This document shows positions 40,600 to 54,246 of a stretch of DNA of 64,000 nt, piece after piece. The notes below the pieces were generated by a model. The model ran no database searches and was not told the origin of the DNA. It worked only from the letters and a program-made list of their open reading frames with translations. This DNA is from Octopus bimaculoides. Taxonomy: Eukaryota. Position numbers and translations under genes: made by a program. The stretch's first letter is position 1, and every line of letters starts with the position of its first letter. Where the stretch lies: contig NC_069005.1 of NCBI RefSeq assembly GCF_001194135.2, positions 16,654,128-16,718,127 on the forward strand. Reading direction: 5' to 3'.

Positions 40600-41760
40600 A
40601 TCGATACCATGATAGACAACAATGAGGTAGTTAATTATCCTACCGAATTTCTTAACTCATTGGACCCTCCATGCCTTCCTCTACAAAGAAAGAAGGAAGG
40701 GATTCCAATAATGCTGCTTTGGAATTTGAAGCCGCCAAAACTATGCAACCTTACACAACTGGTTGTTAAAAAATTTCTTACCCACATAATAGAGGCTATC
40801 ATAATTTCCAGGAGTGCAAAACGAGACGATGTTTTCATACCAAGATTCCTCTCATTCCATCAGGAGTGGCTATTCCTTTCTCCTTTCGGAGGCTTCAATT
40901 TCCCATTCGTGTCAGCTTTGCTATGTCAAAATACAACTCACAAGGTCAGACACTATCTGTTGCTGGTATTCTTTTGGACGAGTCATATTTTTCACCTGGA
41001 CAACTATACGTTGGCTATTCGAGAGTGGGATGCAAGGTGAATCTCTTTGCATTTGCCCGAAATGGGAGAACAAGGAATATCGTGTACAAGGAGGTGCTAC
41101 AACCAAATCAAAATGGAGAAATGTATGTTTCTACAATTTTTTGCAAAAGAGTCCTCTCATTTCATATCCACAACCACTAATTTTCAGGTAGCTATGGCAG
41201 CAAGGGATGCATTCGATCGGTTGCCATCACATCTACATCAGCAATGATACCAGTATCTTAACAAAGATATGCAACGTGAATCCTGCATCCCTGAGGTTAT
41301 CAAAGACTGATCGAGACTTACTATTGTTCAATGGAACGACAAATAGACATTTGGTTTCTCTCTTTCCTTTTACAAAACCCTTACACTTAAGCCTTTATAG
41401 GTTAACCACTTGACTTTAAGTAGTTATTCCACAAATCTAGGAGGACTGATCGTTTATGAGCACAAAGCCATAACACCAACAAGATTCCAATATATTCAAG
41501 ACCTCGTTATAGTTATCCATGGAGCAGGAAATAATATATAAGGTCAGGTTTATAAGTTTAGCAATGCCGAAACACACTGCAGTAATCTCATGCTTATGTT
41601 AATGATTTTAAATGATTTTCCCACTTAATTCTTAACCAAACATTTTGGCAACATATGGGTTATTATAATCAGATTGCATATCTTTCATTTATTTTGAAAT
41701 TGAAATACCCTGGTGTTGTTATACATTGACATTCCCTGGCAATGCCGGGAAAACTGCTAG
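40600..41760 (+). mobile_element. Helitron 3' portion: PIF1-like helicase C-terminus + terminal hairpin/CTAG
   Basis: [39 protein letters not shown]...SQGQTL..AG, GQLYV..SRV; terminal ccctggc-aat-gccggg hairpin (41734-41749) and CTAG|T (41757-41761). Confidence 0.9.
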
Positions 41761-43293
41761 TGTTTTTCTAAATTATTTTCAAGTGAATAACATTATAAAA
41801 TTTTTTTTTTGGTATAAATATTTTGTAAAAGACCCATTTGTAACCTCAATTTTCTTCCATAGATTTTTTTTGAGTGCATTCAATGTATCTCACTTCCAAA
41901 GATTTGGCTGCTATTTCTAGCACGCCCTGCTACCATGTAACTGGTATTCGCGATAAAGGACTCAAAATACCTGTTACGTGGTAGCAGGGTAGGCAAGAAA
42001 TAGCAGTCCCAAATCTTTCCTTTTCTGGGGAAAGGTGCTGCTTTTACTTGATTTCGATGTCACATTCGTTGAAAGCATGCAAAATAACTTGGAAAAGAAA
42101 AAAAAAACCCATCAAACAAAACAGCGTTGGGTCACAGGTAGTCTAATACATATATACATTCCACAATGTAACCTCGTGGACATCGGTGTTGATTTTTTCT
42201 TTCTCCATTTTTCCCTTCTTTGAACTTTCCTTGTTTCCGACGAAGGGCTCCGCCACGTTGTTGTTTTTTGTTACTGTTTTTTGTCTTTTCTTTGAACCTA
42301 TATATATATATATATGTGTGTGTGTGCGTGTGTGTGTATATACACACACATACATCAAATATGCACACATAATGGGCTTCTGCACAGTTTTCTTATAAAG
42401 GGTTGGTCAATTTATGACTATGGTAGAAGACACCAAATTTCACTCAGAGGATCATATTCGAACCAAATGACTGTAAAATAGACATTTGAACTACACAGTT
42501 AGGACTATGATCCCACTCTCAACACTCTCATTATGTCATTCCGCTCATGCTTTGGGATAATTTGGGCAAAGAAGGCTATGTTGTAAATCCCTTTGAAGAT
42601 CTGTTTTTGTTAAATAACCAGGAAGGAGATTTCAGTAGGGCAGTGACTGTTGAGTTGTTGTTGTTAATGTTTAACCACAGGTCAGCTTTGAATGAGAAGA
42701 TCTATGATCAAAGGCTGTCTTTTTTTCTGTATGGAGGGAACCCATGCCATGATATCCAGCTTGTCTCTCTTTTTAGGATGGCTGTTATTTGAAGGAGAAT
42801 TATCTTCACAACATTTTTTTGTGAAATTTCAAGGTTAAAAACCAACTTTAGTCTAAATAGAAGAATGGTTTCATTCAATATCGGTTTTTTTATTTCTAAT
42901 TTATCTCTGATCCAGCAGACCCATGACCAAAGATATCCTAATTGCAGCCATCTTCTCTTTTATTCTGACATAGTGTAACTAACGCTACATTATTTAATGT
43001 GTTCTATATTTTATTCGGCCATAATGTATATATGTCTTCTTTCTTATTGTTTGACCCCAGGTCAGTTCTGTTTCATCAGACTCTTGACCAACAGTTTTCT
43101 AGTCATGATTATTCTTTCTCTCAGACATAATGTATCTAGACTACATTATCTAATATGTCCTTCCTGTTTTTTCTAAAAATACTATCATGTTATTTAAGAG
43201 AGATTTGACTGCTATTTTTAGTAGGTCAAACAACCAATTAGAGGCTCCCTCGTCAATGCATTTTTTCAATATTAAATTATTTACCATTTTTAG

Positions 43294-43383
43294 GTACCAA
43301 AGACCTGTGACAACTTCATAAAACTCTGTTCCAATGGTTACTATAAAAATACCATCTTCCATCGGTCAATTCGCAATTTTATG
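43294..43383 (+). CDS. PPIL2: PPIL2 exon 11 (VPKTCDNFIKLCSNGYYKNTIFHRSIRNFM)
   Basis: Acceptor ttttag, donor gtaagt; 90 nt; FHR catalytic Arg. Confidence 0.96.
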
Positions 43384-43809
43384 GTAAGTTCTTTATTTTT
43401 TTTATTTAGTTTTTATCACAATTGGTCAACAATAGTGACACCATTGGTTACCAGTTTCCAACAGCAATCAGTAATTAGTTTACTTTAAATCCTATGGGAA
43501 GAGTAACAAGGGAGTGTCAGTATTTCACTGCAGAACAAATATCATGACTTTGTTTAGAGAATAAATTTTCTCACTGGTATTGGTGTATAGTCTAGATAGG
43601 TTGGATGAGCATTGCACACTCACCAATTTTCTCTATAATAATTCCTACTCCATCAGGATAAAATCTGGTTATAATTTGTTTTTTAATCTGATAATCTAGA
43701 TACCGGGAAACAAAATATAGTCATGTTGACTTAAATTTTTTATTGTATATATATGTATGTATGTGTGCATGTTTAGATATATGCACACACATGCAAAGTG
43801 TTCATATTT

Positions 43810-45080
43810 AGTTATCAAACGAGAAAAGATTGTTAACTAGGCAAGGAATATGGATATTACTGGTCTGTCTACCTTCCCTATCATCAGTAATAAAAGCCAA
43901 AAATATTTTGGAATTAATGACAATTGCATATATTCGTTGTGAGTAAAGCAGATTTTGGAAGATATGGCAGTCAGAGTTGTGTACATTCAATAAAACCACA
44001 TCCCACCATGCTTTCACAGTGCCAGTGCCTACATTTGGGATATTAGACACATCAAGAAATTTACAACTAAGGCATCAGGACTGGGAAGATATTAACAATG
44101 ATTGGTTATTTCCACATCAACAGTGGTACTGACAGAATCTATGTTAAATGGAAGGCTGGAGGCAGAAGCATAATATCAGTCTAGATGACCTTTGAGTGCC
44201 ACACACTTAGACAACCTCTACTGAACAGTAAAAAGAGAAACGAGTATGTTACATGTATACTCAATAGTAAAGACAATAACATCATGAGATTAGGCAGAGA
44301 ATTCCTGAGCAGGTACTATGTGTGCACAGCTGTTCCCTATGAACTAAAAGTGACTGGACTAGCTATTTAGACAGAAATTTGGAGAAATGCTTATCATTCC
44401 AGCAGAAAGTTATACATGGATACATATCCTGCAAGTCAGGTAATACCAAAAGCCTTGGCAGGAGTAGTAGCATCTCCTGGACCGGCAATAAGTATATTAC
44501 ATCTCACTTAGTAAGCTATGCCTCCGCTGTCCAAGAACAAGAGACAGCTACAAAACCCCTGATCAACAAGAGAGATGAGGATGCCTCTACACCTCCCTAT
44601 TGTGCTTAGTAAATGTCAGTTTTTCCATATCAATGTGGAAGCTTTTACCCATAACTAGCAACCATCCCAAATATACACAAGATACTTCTTTCCCAAGAGA
44701 CATGACATCACTAAAACTCTCTGCAATGCTGTTCCTCAAGGAGAATTGTCATGGGAGCTACACTGAAAGTGTACTAGAACCAGAAAGTATCTAGATCTTT
44801 ATAAACAATAACACTGTTGGAACATTCTAATAAAAACAGCAACTGTGTGTAAACACAACAAGCCAGACATTGTATGGAACTGAAAATAACAAGCCAGACA
44901 TTGTTGTATGGAACTGAAAATAAAAGTAGAGACCAGCTACCAGTAGATGTGAATATCTTGTTAAAAATTGGGTAAAAGGAGAGCATCTGTGGAGAACTAA
45001 TGAGAAACTCTATATATTTTCATTTGTACCTGTTATTGTAGGTGTCTATTCATTTCTTGGGGTCACCCTTTTTAGGAACT
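43810..45080 (+). mobile_element. R4/Dong-type LINE fragment (RT thumb to C-terminus), decayed
   Basis: AFTVPVPTFGILD, FHINSGTDRIYVKWKAGGRSIISV, HGY...AVQEQETAT. Confidence 0.6.
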
Positions 45081-45299
45081 TTTTCTCCTAACAAAGAAAG
45101 CTGAAATGTAGAAGGCAGACATTCTCTAAATGCAAGAATAAAAAGATAAAAATTTGCAAATGTGGCTGTAACTCATTTTAATATGTACACTGCATGCAAA
45201 TTACAGTATTTGTATTAAGAGAGATAAAAGCAGTTTTTGTGTGTTCATATTCATATACATAAGAGATGTTTGACTGTTACATCACTTGGAATCACAGCA

Positions 45300-48200
45300 G
45301 GAAGAAAATACGTCTAATTGCTTTAGTTGCGCCGTCAAAAAGCTCTAGATTTAATTCTCCTACAATGCAACACCACAGCATGCGCCATCCAGTGGCCAAT
45401 GGATGAGACAACTGGTTTCAAGGGAGGTAACTGTCTACATGCCCCCCACCTACAAGACTCAAAGTCGGAACTAATAAACGGTGGACGGAAATTTAAGGGA
45501 ATACAAACGCTGAGAGATGGCAAAGAGGCAACAGTGGGAGAAATGTGAAAAAGAATGAACATTGAGAAAAAAATCTGCATGTACAAAGAACAAAAGTAAA
45601 TGCAACAGGCATACAAATGGTAAACAACAGTGTGTGTAGTGTGGACATACATATAAATGTCTGTGTGTTTTTTTCTCTTTTTTTGTTTTTGTAACAAGAA
45701 TGTGAAACTGGAAAACACATGAGTGTCACCATAACACTTAAAGTGAAGCAGAAAGTCATTTAAAAATTGTTTTTGATAGTCTTTTCTGCCTGAACGTGTT
45801 GAGGTTGGTGTGGGGTTTCTTTGCAATTTGTTTGTTTTGTTGGGTGTAGGTGCCTGTTGTGGTGGTGGGCATGAAAATGTCTGTGGAAAGATAGGTGTGT
45901 CTGTTTCGGTGAATGCTTTTTTAACTCTGTCGACAGAAACAGTTATAGCTTTTCCATTCATGTCCACAGTAAACAGTTTTTCTGTGTGCTTAAGTACACA
46001 GCAAGGACCCGAATAAGGTGGCATCAATGAACCTTTAACGGAATCATTCCGAATAAACACATACATTCATGTGGATATGTCAGAAGGAACCACAGAAGGT
46101 ACAGACTGTTGTCTGGGCAACATTGGAGGTAGGTCTGCACCGAAGGATCTAAGTTGAGTGATATACGATGTTGGGTCAGCAATCTGTACATCAACAGTTG
46201 CTAACATTTGGTCAGGTAGTGCCAAAGTGGTGCCATTCAAGAGTTTGGCAGAAGAGTATTCCAATCTGTTTTGATGGCTGAACGGTAGCCTAGTAGAACA
46301 ATAGGAAGGAATTCCAACCAACGGTGGGGTTCAGGAGCAGCATGAATCGCAGCTTTTAGCTGCCTATGGAAACGTTCTACCATTTTGTTCACAGCAGGGT
46401 GGTAGCTTGTGGTGTGAATATGCTGTATTCCTAGTAATTGTGATAGTTCATTAAAGAGACTAGCTTCAAACTGGCAACCACACTCAGTTGTGATGCTGGA
46501 AGGTGCTCCAAAATAAGAGATCCAACCTGAAATGAGTTCTCTGGCAACAGAAACTGCAGAAATGTCCGCTAGAGGAATGGCTTCAGGCCATTTGGAGAAT
46601 CTGTCAATGTAGGTCAGGATATACGTGAACCCGCAACTGATAGTCCATGGTCCAACAATGTCGATATGAATGATATGAATGTCATTATGAATGTGCTGGA
46701 ACCTGGAATCTGGCTGGTGGCTGGAAGTGCCCCAAAGGAGCTCGAAATAAGCTTAAACATGGCTGAAATGCCTGGATGTGATAGCAAGTACAAGGCTTCG
46801 AAAATAGGACAACGATAATGCTCGGGGACCAGGGGGTCAGGGTGATCTGGTGGAAACATCAGAAAGAACAGTCCCTTCAGATGATAGAAGAGGCAGGTGC
46901 TCGAATTTGCAACAGGAAAACTATGGTGAAGTCATGTCCAAAGAGTCCAAGGAAGGTTGGTCTGCAGCCAGATCAGTTGAGGCAGAGGACAAAGAACAAA
47001 CTGGGAGGTGAGACAGGGCATATTCAGGAATGCTGTCTGTACCCGCAACGTGGAAAATGTCACTGGTGAACTGTGAGATATAATCCAAGTGCCTGGTCTC
47101 TCTGGACGAGTACTGGCCATTTTGGTAAACAGTGCAAACATTAACAGTTCATGATTGGTGGAAACTGTGCACTCCCTACCCTCGAGAAGGTGAACGAAGT
47201 TCTTCACTGCAAGATAAATAGCTAAAAGTTCTTTACTGAAAATGTTGTAATGCAATTCAAAAGGTTTTAACTGGCGAGAAAAGAAAGCCAGTGGATGAGT
47301 TTGTCCATTTACAGTTTGCCACAACACATCACCCACAGCTAAATCAGAAGCATCAACTGTGAGACAGACTGGCATCAGGAGCAGGATGAGCCAAAAAGGA
47401 TGCGTTGGCTAGCTTGGTCTTCACCTCTTTGAAAGCTTGCAAAACAGTAGGAGACAATGAAATATTAGCATTTTTAGTCAGCTGTCATTTTAAAAGCTGG
47501 GTCAAAGGAGACAACTTTTCCACATAGTTGGAAATGAATCTTCTGTAGAAATTAATTAGACCCAGAAATGTTCTTGACTGTTTTAAAGACACAGGAGGTG
47601 ACAAATGTTTGATGGCTTCAACTTTAGAAGGAACCGGGTGAATGCCATCAGCATCTATGAGGTGTCCCAAATATTCCAAGCTGGAAGATCCACACTCACG
47701 CTTAGACAGATTGATCTTCACACTAAAAGAACGCAAACGGAACAACTGTGTCAAATGCTAAATATGATGATCTTGAGCGATGCTAGCAATTGGGAGATCA
47801 TGTACATATGTGAAAACAAAAAGTAAGCCACAAACGACCTCATCAGTAAATCTCTGGAATGTGCTTGCTGCATTACGAAGACCAAAAGGCATGGATAAAA
47901 ATTCAAATGCTCCAAAAGGTGTTGTTACTGCTGTCTTGGGTATATCTTCTGAGTTAACAGGTATTTGATGCTAGGTCGATTTTGGAAAAAAATTTGCATC
48001 TATGTAGGGCAGAAGAAAAGTCCTGGAAAACGTAGAATCGGATAGCAATCTGGAACCGTGACAGTATTAAGCCTTCTAAAGTCACCACAAGGATGAAAAT
48101 CGACGGTGCCTTTCTTTACTAATTGCAGAGGCGTGGCCCATGGGCTCTTGGAAGGATGAATGAGGCCAAGCCGGAGCATATTCTCGAATTCAGCTCTGGC

Positions 48201-48682
48201 AATCTGCAGCTTTTCTGGAGACAAACGATCAGGTCTGGAAAATACAGGAGGTCCTTTAGTCATTATAAAATACCTAGTAGAATGAACTGGCTTGGTTAGC
48301 TGGGATGTCAAATTCGTTAATCCAGGAAATGAAGCAAGTAACTGTAGATACGTGTTTCCAGCAGTGGCTACAAAGAATGAAGGACTCACAGCAGGAAGGG
48401 TAGTATCCTTTCCGGAGGCAGTGATGAAGACGGTTCTATCCAAATGTTGACGTCCCCTGACATCCACCGGGAGTGAATAATGGTGAAGAAAATCTACACC
48501 CAAAAGTGGATGTGGTAAGTCAGCAATAACGAAAATCCACTGGAATATACTATGGAGTGACAAATCGAGAGTAAGAGATATTTGACTATAAGTCTTGATA
48601 GCAGAATGGTTAACTGAAAACAAAGAAATGTCCGAGAGAGCAGGATTGGTGAACATATACTGTCGAGGCCAAATGCTAACAC
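45300..48682 (-). mobile_element. Ty3/Gypsy pol (PR-RT-RH-IN), frameshifted
   Basis: TGAGVSI..LLGVDFL (protease), SKSPWATPLQLVKK...PCGDFRRLN (RT), LTVDASD.AVG..L.Q...PLAFFSRQL (RNase H), FSKWPEAIP and PYSGPCCVL (integrase). Confidence 0.92.
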
Positions 48683-49153
48683 CGGCTCCTGTCATCATCA
48701 TCATCATCATCGTTTAACGTCTGCTTTCCATGCTAGCATGGATTGGACGATTTGACTGAGGACTGGTGAACCAGATGGCTACACCAGGCTCCAATCTGAT
48801 TTGGCAGAGTTTCTACAGCTGGATGCCCTTCCTAACGCCAAACACTCTGAGAGTGTAGTGGGTGCTTTTACGTGCTACTGGCATGAATGCCAGTCAGGTG
48901 GTACTGGCAACAGCCACGCTCAAAATGGTGTATTTTACGTACCACCTGCACAGGAGCCAGTCCAGAAGCACTGGCAACGACCTCGCTCAAATGTCTTTTC
49001 ACGTGCCATCCGGCACAAGTGCCAGGAAGGCGACACTGATAACGATCACGCTCAGATGGTGCTATTTATGTGCCACTGGCACAGAAGCCAGACAGCTGCT
49101 CTGCCAACGATCATGCTCGGATGGTACATCACGATTTTTTCTTCCTTTATAAA

Positions 49154-49372
49154 ATGAGCAATTTTCTGCTCCCTCAATTCCATGGTGAAGCGAAAATGTA
49201 GTTTTTGCAACTGGAGTCCTACTTTATTGCTACCAGTACTCACCAGCCACTGGTCAAACTGCACATTGCATTGTCCAGCTTACCATCCCCACTTGTTTCG
49301 TCTGTCAGGAATTTGCTTACAGACATACCAGATGGGATGTCCTATGAGGAGTTCCGAGGTTCAAGTCCGAGG
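49154..49372 (+). mobile_element. Gypsy gag N-terminal fragment, opposite strand to the adjacent pol
   Basis: MSNFLLPQFHGEAKM*FLQLESYF...KLHIALSSLPSPLVSSVRNLLTDIP...YEEFR, with TAG at the position of the usual Trp. Confidence 0.65.
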
Positions 49373-49564
49373 TGTATGCATGCATGCATACATACATACA
49401 TACATACATGCACCCCCCCCCCACACACACATACACACATATACACATACATACATACATACATACATACATACCCTGTCTGTCTCACACTAACAAAAGA
49501 GTTTCACCACACTTTCTGTCTCGCATACTCACTATAAAAAGGAAATAAAAAATAATTTCAGTTA

Positions 49565-49597
<33 letters not shown>

Positions 49598-50384
49598 CTC
49601 TCTCTTTCTTTCTTTCTCTCTTTCTCCCTCTCACACACATACACACACCAGCAACATTACACACACACATGCCAACTTCAAAAGAAATCGCGCTCTCTCT
49701 ATCTCTTTCACTTTTATGACGCCGGTTCCCTCTTTCCCTCCAACACTTTTTACGGAAAAGGCCGATGTGATTTAAACTTTCCGAGACTTCCACCACACCC
49801 CAACCCGTTTTTCGGACCACATAAAGAGTTTTGTAGCATATTAGCAGGCCAGGATAGTTGATTCCACTAAAAAAATCCGATTTATTTTTTCTTAGTGAAA
49901 ATCGTGCGAGTGTTATCTAAAAATTTAGCTGGAGTTTTTCATGGTGAATTTGAGATTAAAAAAAAAAAATTTATCCATATTCTTAATCTCTGTATTTTTC
50001 CCATACATTGAAAAATAGATGGTGAAAAGATCAATGTGTGTGGGGAGTGAAATTCCAAGGATTTCAGCACACCGGTGGCAGGCATCCATTTGGGGGAGCC
50101 ATGCTTTTCACATGCGCAACTTTAGGTGGCCTGCTCCTGTGTGGGTAGTAGAAACGCTCTTTTTGTGTATGCTCTTCAGGGCAGAACATGCAATGTTGTC
50201 TATAGCAAAGTTTTATAGACAAGTCTTCATTGCAGCCGATGTGGTTATAAACAGTGATCCGGAAGCATTGGCCGGATCATGGCAACATGACTGATAGACT
50301 CTTCCTCTTTTTTATTGGACAATGCTGACTTCTCCAACAACAATGCTCACTCATCTGATATCAGTGATTGGCTAAGTTGCTCAT

Positions 50385-50721
50385 AGAGTTAACCAAGAAG
50401 TGACAGGCCCCTTATTTGCTGGTAAATTTTCCTAAGTTACTCCAATCCAGATCTCCAATGCAAACCTTCAGATCAACCTTCTCCTATGCAGATCTCTAAT
50501 GCAACTTTAAAAAAAAACAGTCAAGGAGTGAAAATAATCGATAAACTAATTCCTAATGAGATTTCCCAATCAAATTGCCAGCAGACCATTTTCAGCCAAA
50601 TCAATTTAAACGGATTTCGCTCAAATCTGATGTCGATGTTACTTATTTTGGCTTGAAATAAAGCACTTGATCACTTAAAAATCCTAGCTTAATCCCGGGC
50701 AATGCCGGGCTATACTGCTAG
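50385..50721 (+). mobile_element. Non-autonomous Helitron 3' part (same family as 61751-62862)
   Basis: Hairpin cccgggc-aat-gccggg + CTAG|T (50718-50722); near reverse complement of 61751-62095. Confidence 0.85.
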
Positions 50722-51196
50722 TGTGTATATATATATATATCGTTTCATTCTGGAAATTCCTAAGACAACACTAATGCCAAGCTGTTTCAACCCTTGCCCT
50801 TCTCTTGGACAGCATGAGTAGTGTGGAAAGAAGAGTCCCTCTACAATTACAACTGCTGGTTTTCCACATAAACCTTCCCAGGCCTGCAACCTCTTTGGAG
50901 GCAAATCTATGGTCTTTAAAAATGAAGGATGCTTGTGATGTAATTTATCTATGTTTAAAATATTCTTTTGAAAAATAAACATGTCATAACAATGATTAAG
51001 CTATACTTAGTACTACTACTTATAAGATAAAAAATATTTAATTATAGATTAATTGTAAAGTAAGAATTTATTGTAGTAATTGAAAAGTTCAATGCTGCAT
51101 AGTTGATATATATATATATATAGATATATATATATATATATATATATATCTGACAGACAATTACCAATTGCATCAATTATTTGTTATATTTTACAG

Positions 51197-51230
51197 ATTC
51201 AAGGAGGAGATCCAGATGGAACTGGGAAAG
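51197..51230 (+). CDS. PPIL2: PPIL2 exon 12 (IQGGDPDGTGK)
   Basis: Acceptor ttacag, donor gtttgt; 34 nt; QGGDP.GTG signature. Confidence 0.94.
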
Positions 51231-53463
51231 GTTTGTTTGTTTCTATAATGTGTTATCTTGTATATATTCCCTTCCCTTCTATACTTACATGTGTGCAAGG
51301 ATTTATGTGTTGGAGGTGTTGTTTGGCTTCATCAGAGTAAGAAGTGCAGTGTTCATGACCTTTATGAAAGCCTCCATGTTTTGTTTATAGGAAGGAAGTT
51401 ATTTTTGCCTATAATGGAACAGATTCCACTGAAAACACCCAAGGACTACATTATTTGTTAAACTGAGAAAGGATTGGATTAAGTCTACCATCCACATGTT
51501 TATGAAGAATTGTAAGAAGTATCAACTAACTCCACAAATATGTTGGGAAATGTGCATGACTATTAAATTCTAGTAGCTAAAGCAACCATTTAAACTTGTT
51601 CTGGTTGATATTTGCAGTGTAATTTAAACAGAAGTTAAATGTTTACAAATATTAACAATGTTCCTTTTTCATTTGTTGTAGACTATCTGTGTAGCTGTAC
51701 TGAAAAGTTCCTTTCTTGGTGCAGGGCTAGGCAACATTTTCTTGTTGGAAAACCAGCAGTTGCCCAGCCCTGCATACTAGTCTCTCCTCTCCACATTACC
51801 AGGAGGAGTAGCAGACATTTTGGCACAGCCAATTTGATGTTGCTCACTCAATGATGACTTATTTGATATCAGACATTTTAATTTTCTCTTGTTTTCTCCT
51901 CTCTCTCTCTCTCTCTCTCTCTCACTTCCCTCCCCCCTCTCACCCCTCTCTCTCTCTTTCTCTTTTCATGTGTATAAGTATATTTCTCTATGTATATAAT
52001 GAGAAGGAAAGTGTTTACATCAGCCATGTTCAATTAATACATTATAATGTAACTTTTCTCTCTTTTTCTGTGTGTGTGTTTATATTTCTTTATGTGTATG
52101 TGTCTCCAGCACCAACAAGTATTGTTGCCAAAATCAGTTGAATGTTCAATCAATGCCAAATCATCAACATCCAAACAGCTGCACCCACTTGTCTCATTCT
52201 GTTACCAATATTACCCAAGAGAAGAGTGGAGCTGATTCAGTTTGGCATCACTGTCATTACAGATGTTCTTGTTAGAATGCAGAGATGTAGAACAGTTATT
52301 GCAGCACATCTCATCCAATTCTCTAGCAATTCCATCAATCTATGGCTCTGGACTAATACTTTATTTATCAAACCAAAAAGAATGAAAGGCTAGGTTACTG
52401 TCAGAGGGATTGGAACTCAGTACACATAGACTCAGAGCTAATATCAAACGGCATTCTATACTACACTCTAATGTCTCTGCTATTTCATCACTTTATTTAG
52501 ATATTAATACACATTACCACACATTGTATAACTAATAATGTCTGATAGCGTTAACTGTTCATTTTAGATCCCAATAATCTTGGTAAATTATCACAACTTT
52601 ATCACATCATCATTTTAAAATTCATTTTCCCATGCTTTATGTGTCAGACAGAGTTTATTGAGGCAGATGTTTTACAACCTGATGCCCTTCCTATTGCCCA
52701 CTCTCACCTGTTTCTAAGCAAGGTAATATTTCCCATAGCCAGGAAATGAATGACATTCATTTACCACAATCACACAATATCAAAACAAAGAGACAAAACA
52801 AAGAGACACACACATATATACAGTAGGCTTCAGTCTGCATCTACTAAATCCATTCACATGGTTTTGGTCAACCTTGGGCTATAGTAGAAGAGACCTGCCC
52901 TAGGTGTTACTCAATGGGACTGAACCCAAAATCATGTGATTGGGAAGCAAACTTCTTAACCACATAGCCATCCTGCACCTGTATATAATGGATAGTTATT
53001 GTCTGTCTACTAGGGTTTACTGGTCTTAGATTTAAATAATGCATTGGCCACAAGCTCTTCAGCTTTTAACAGTGAGGACAGTTATATAATACACCAAACA
53101 TCATATGAATTAATCAATTAACCCCTTTGATACTGTGACAGCCCTTGGTTCTGTCATACAAATATCCCATTTTAAAGTGATCTAAAGTAAAATCTTTCAT
53201 CAAAATTTCATGTTAATTTATGTTTCAAACAACAGAATAATAATGACAATGTCATTTTGATTAATTTTTCATTATTTTCAAAATGAATTGAAACACTGGC
53301 AGTGTATTTCAACAGAAATATGGTAACAAAACGGTTTTAGTATCAAACCAATCTCTTTTTCTTTTATGTTCTTCGTTCTTCTATTTTCTACTGACTTTTG
53401 TCATCAAATTTGTTTTTCTATATTTTATTTCCTATCATTTCATTCTTTTTGCTTTCTTCTCAG

Positions 53464-53581
53464 GTGGAAATTCTATTTGGGAAAAACCTTTCAAAGATGA
53501 GTTTAAGCCTAACCTAACACACTCAGGCCGTGGGGTACTGAGTATGGCAAATTCTGGTCCAAACACGAACAAGTCCCAATT
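53464..53581 (+). CDS. PPIL2: PPIL2 exon 13 ([40 protein letters not shown])
   Basis: Acceptor ctcag, donor gtaagt; 118 nt; [14 protein letters not shown] signature. Confidence 0.97.
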
Positions 53582-54246
53582 GTAAGTTGATACAAAAGAG
53601 TGTGTTTAAACACACACACACACACACACACACATATCTAAAGTAAAATAAGTCTCCTGTGTTGAGTCATTGGACTCATAGTGCTGGTTATCCAGTTCCC
53701 ATGGCTATAAGTGATCAAAACCACATTTAACCCTGTCACAGGGTCTCTCATTCACAACTGAGTGGACTGGAGCAATGTAAAATGAAGTGCTTTGTGCAAT
53801 GAATGCAACACACTGCTTTGTTTGGGAATTGAAACCACAATCTTACAATCATCACACACACATGCATGCACATATATGCATACATACCACCACTTGCACT
53901 TAAATTTACTTCTTTCTAGGCCCCACTGAGGAAATGACAAAGGACTGGGAGATGTTGCGATTTGCTGTACTTGGTAAGACACATCAAGCTAAGTAAAATC
54001 GCTGTCTTCCACACATACAGGCTTCTCCTTTCAGGTGCTGGTGCCACATAAAAAATACCTGTGCTGGTGTTGCATAAATGCACCTGTGCCAATAGCACAT
54101 AAAAAGCACCCAGCACACTCTGTTAAGTGGTTGGCATTAGAAAGGGTTACAGCAGACAGTTGGAGTCTGGACAGCTCTCTGTTAACCAGCTCCATGTCAA
54201 ACCATCCAACCCATGCCAAAATGGAAAGTGGATGTTAAACGATGGA

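Noticed and set aside
45335-46066. 243-aa ORF as a novel protein
   Set aside because: It is a Gypsy integrase C-terminus reading through into non-coding or LTR-like sequence.
48000-48710. 236-aa ORF as an intact or domesticated protease-RT gene
   Set aside because: It starts in the (GAT)n tail of a SINE, lacks the catalytic Asp, and frameshifts within RT.
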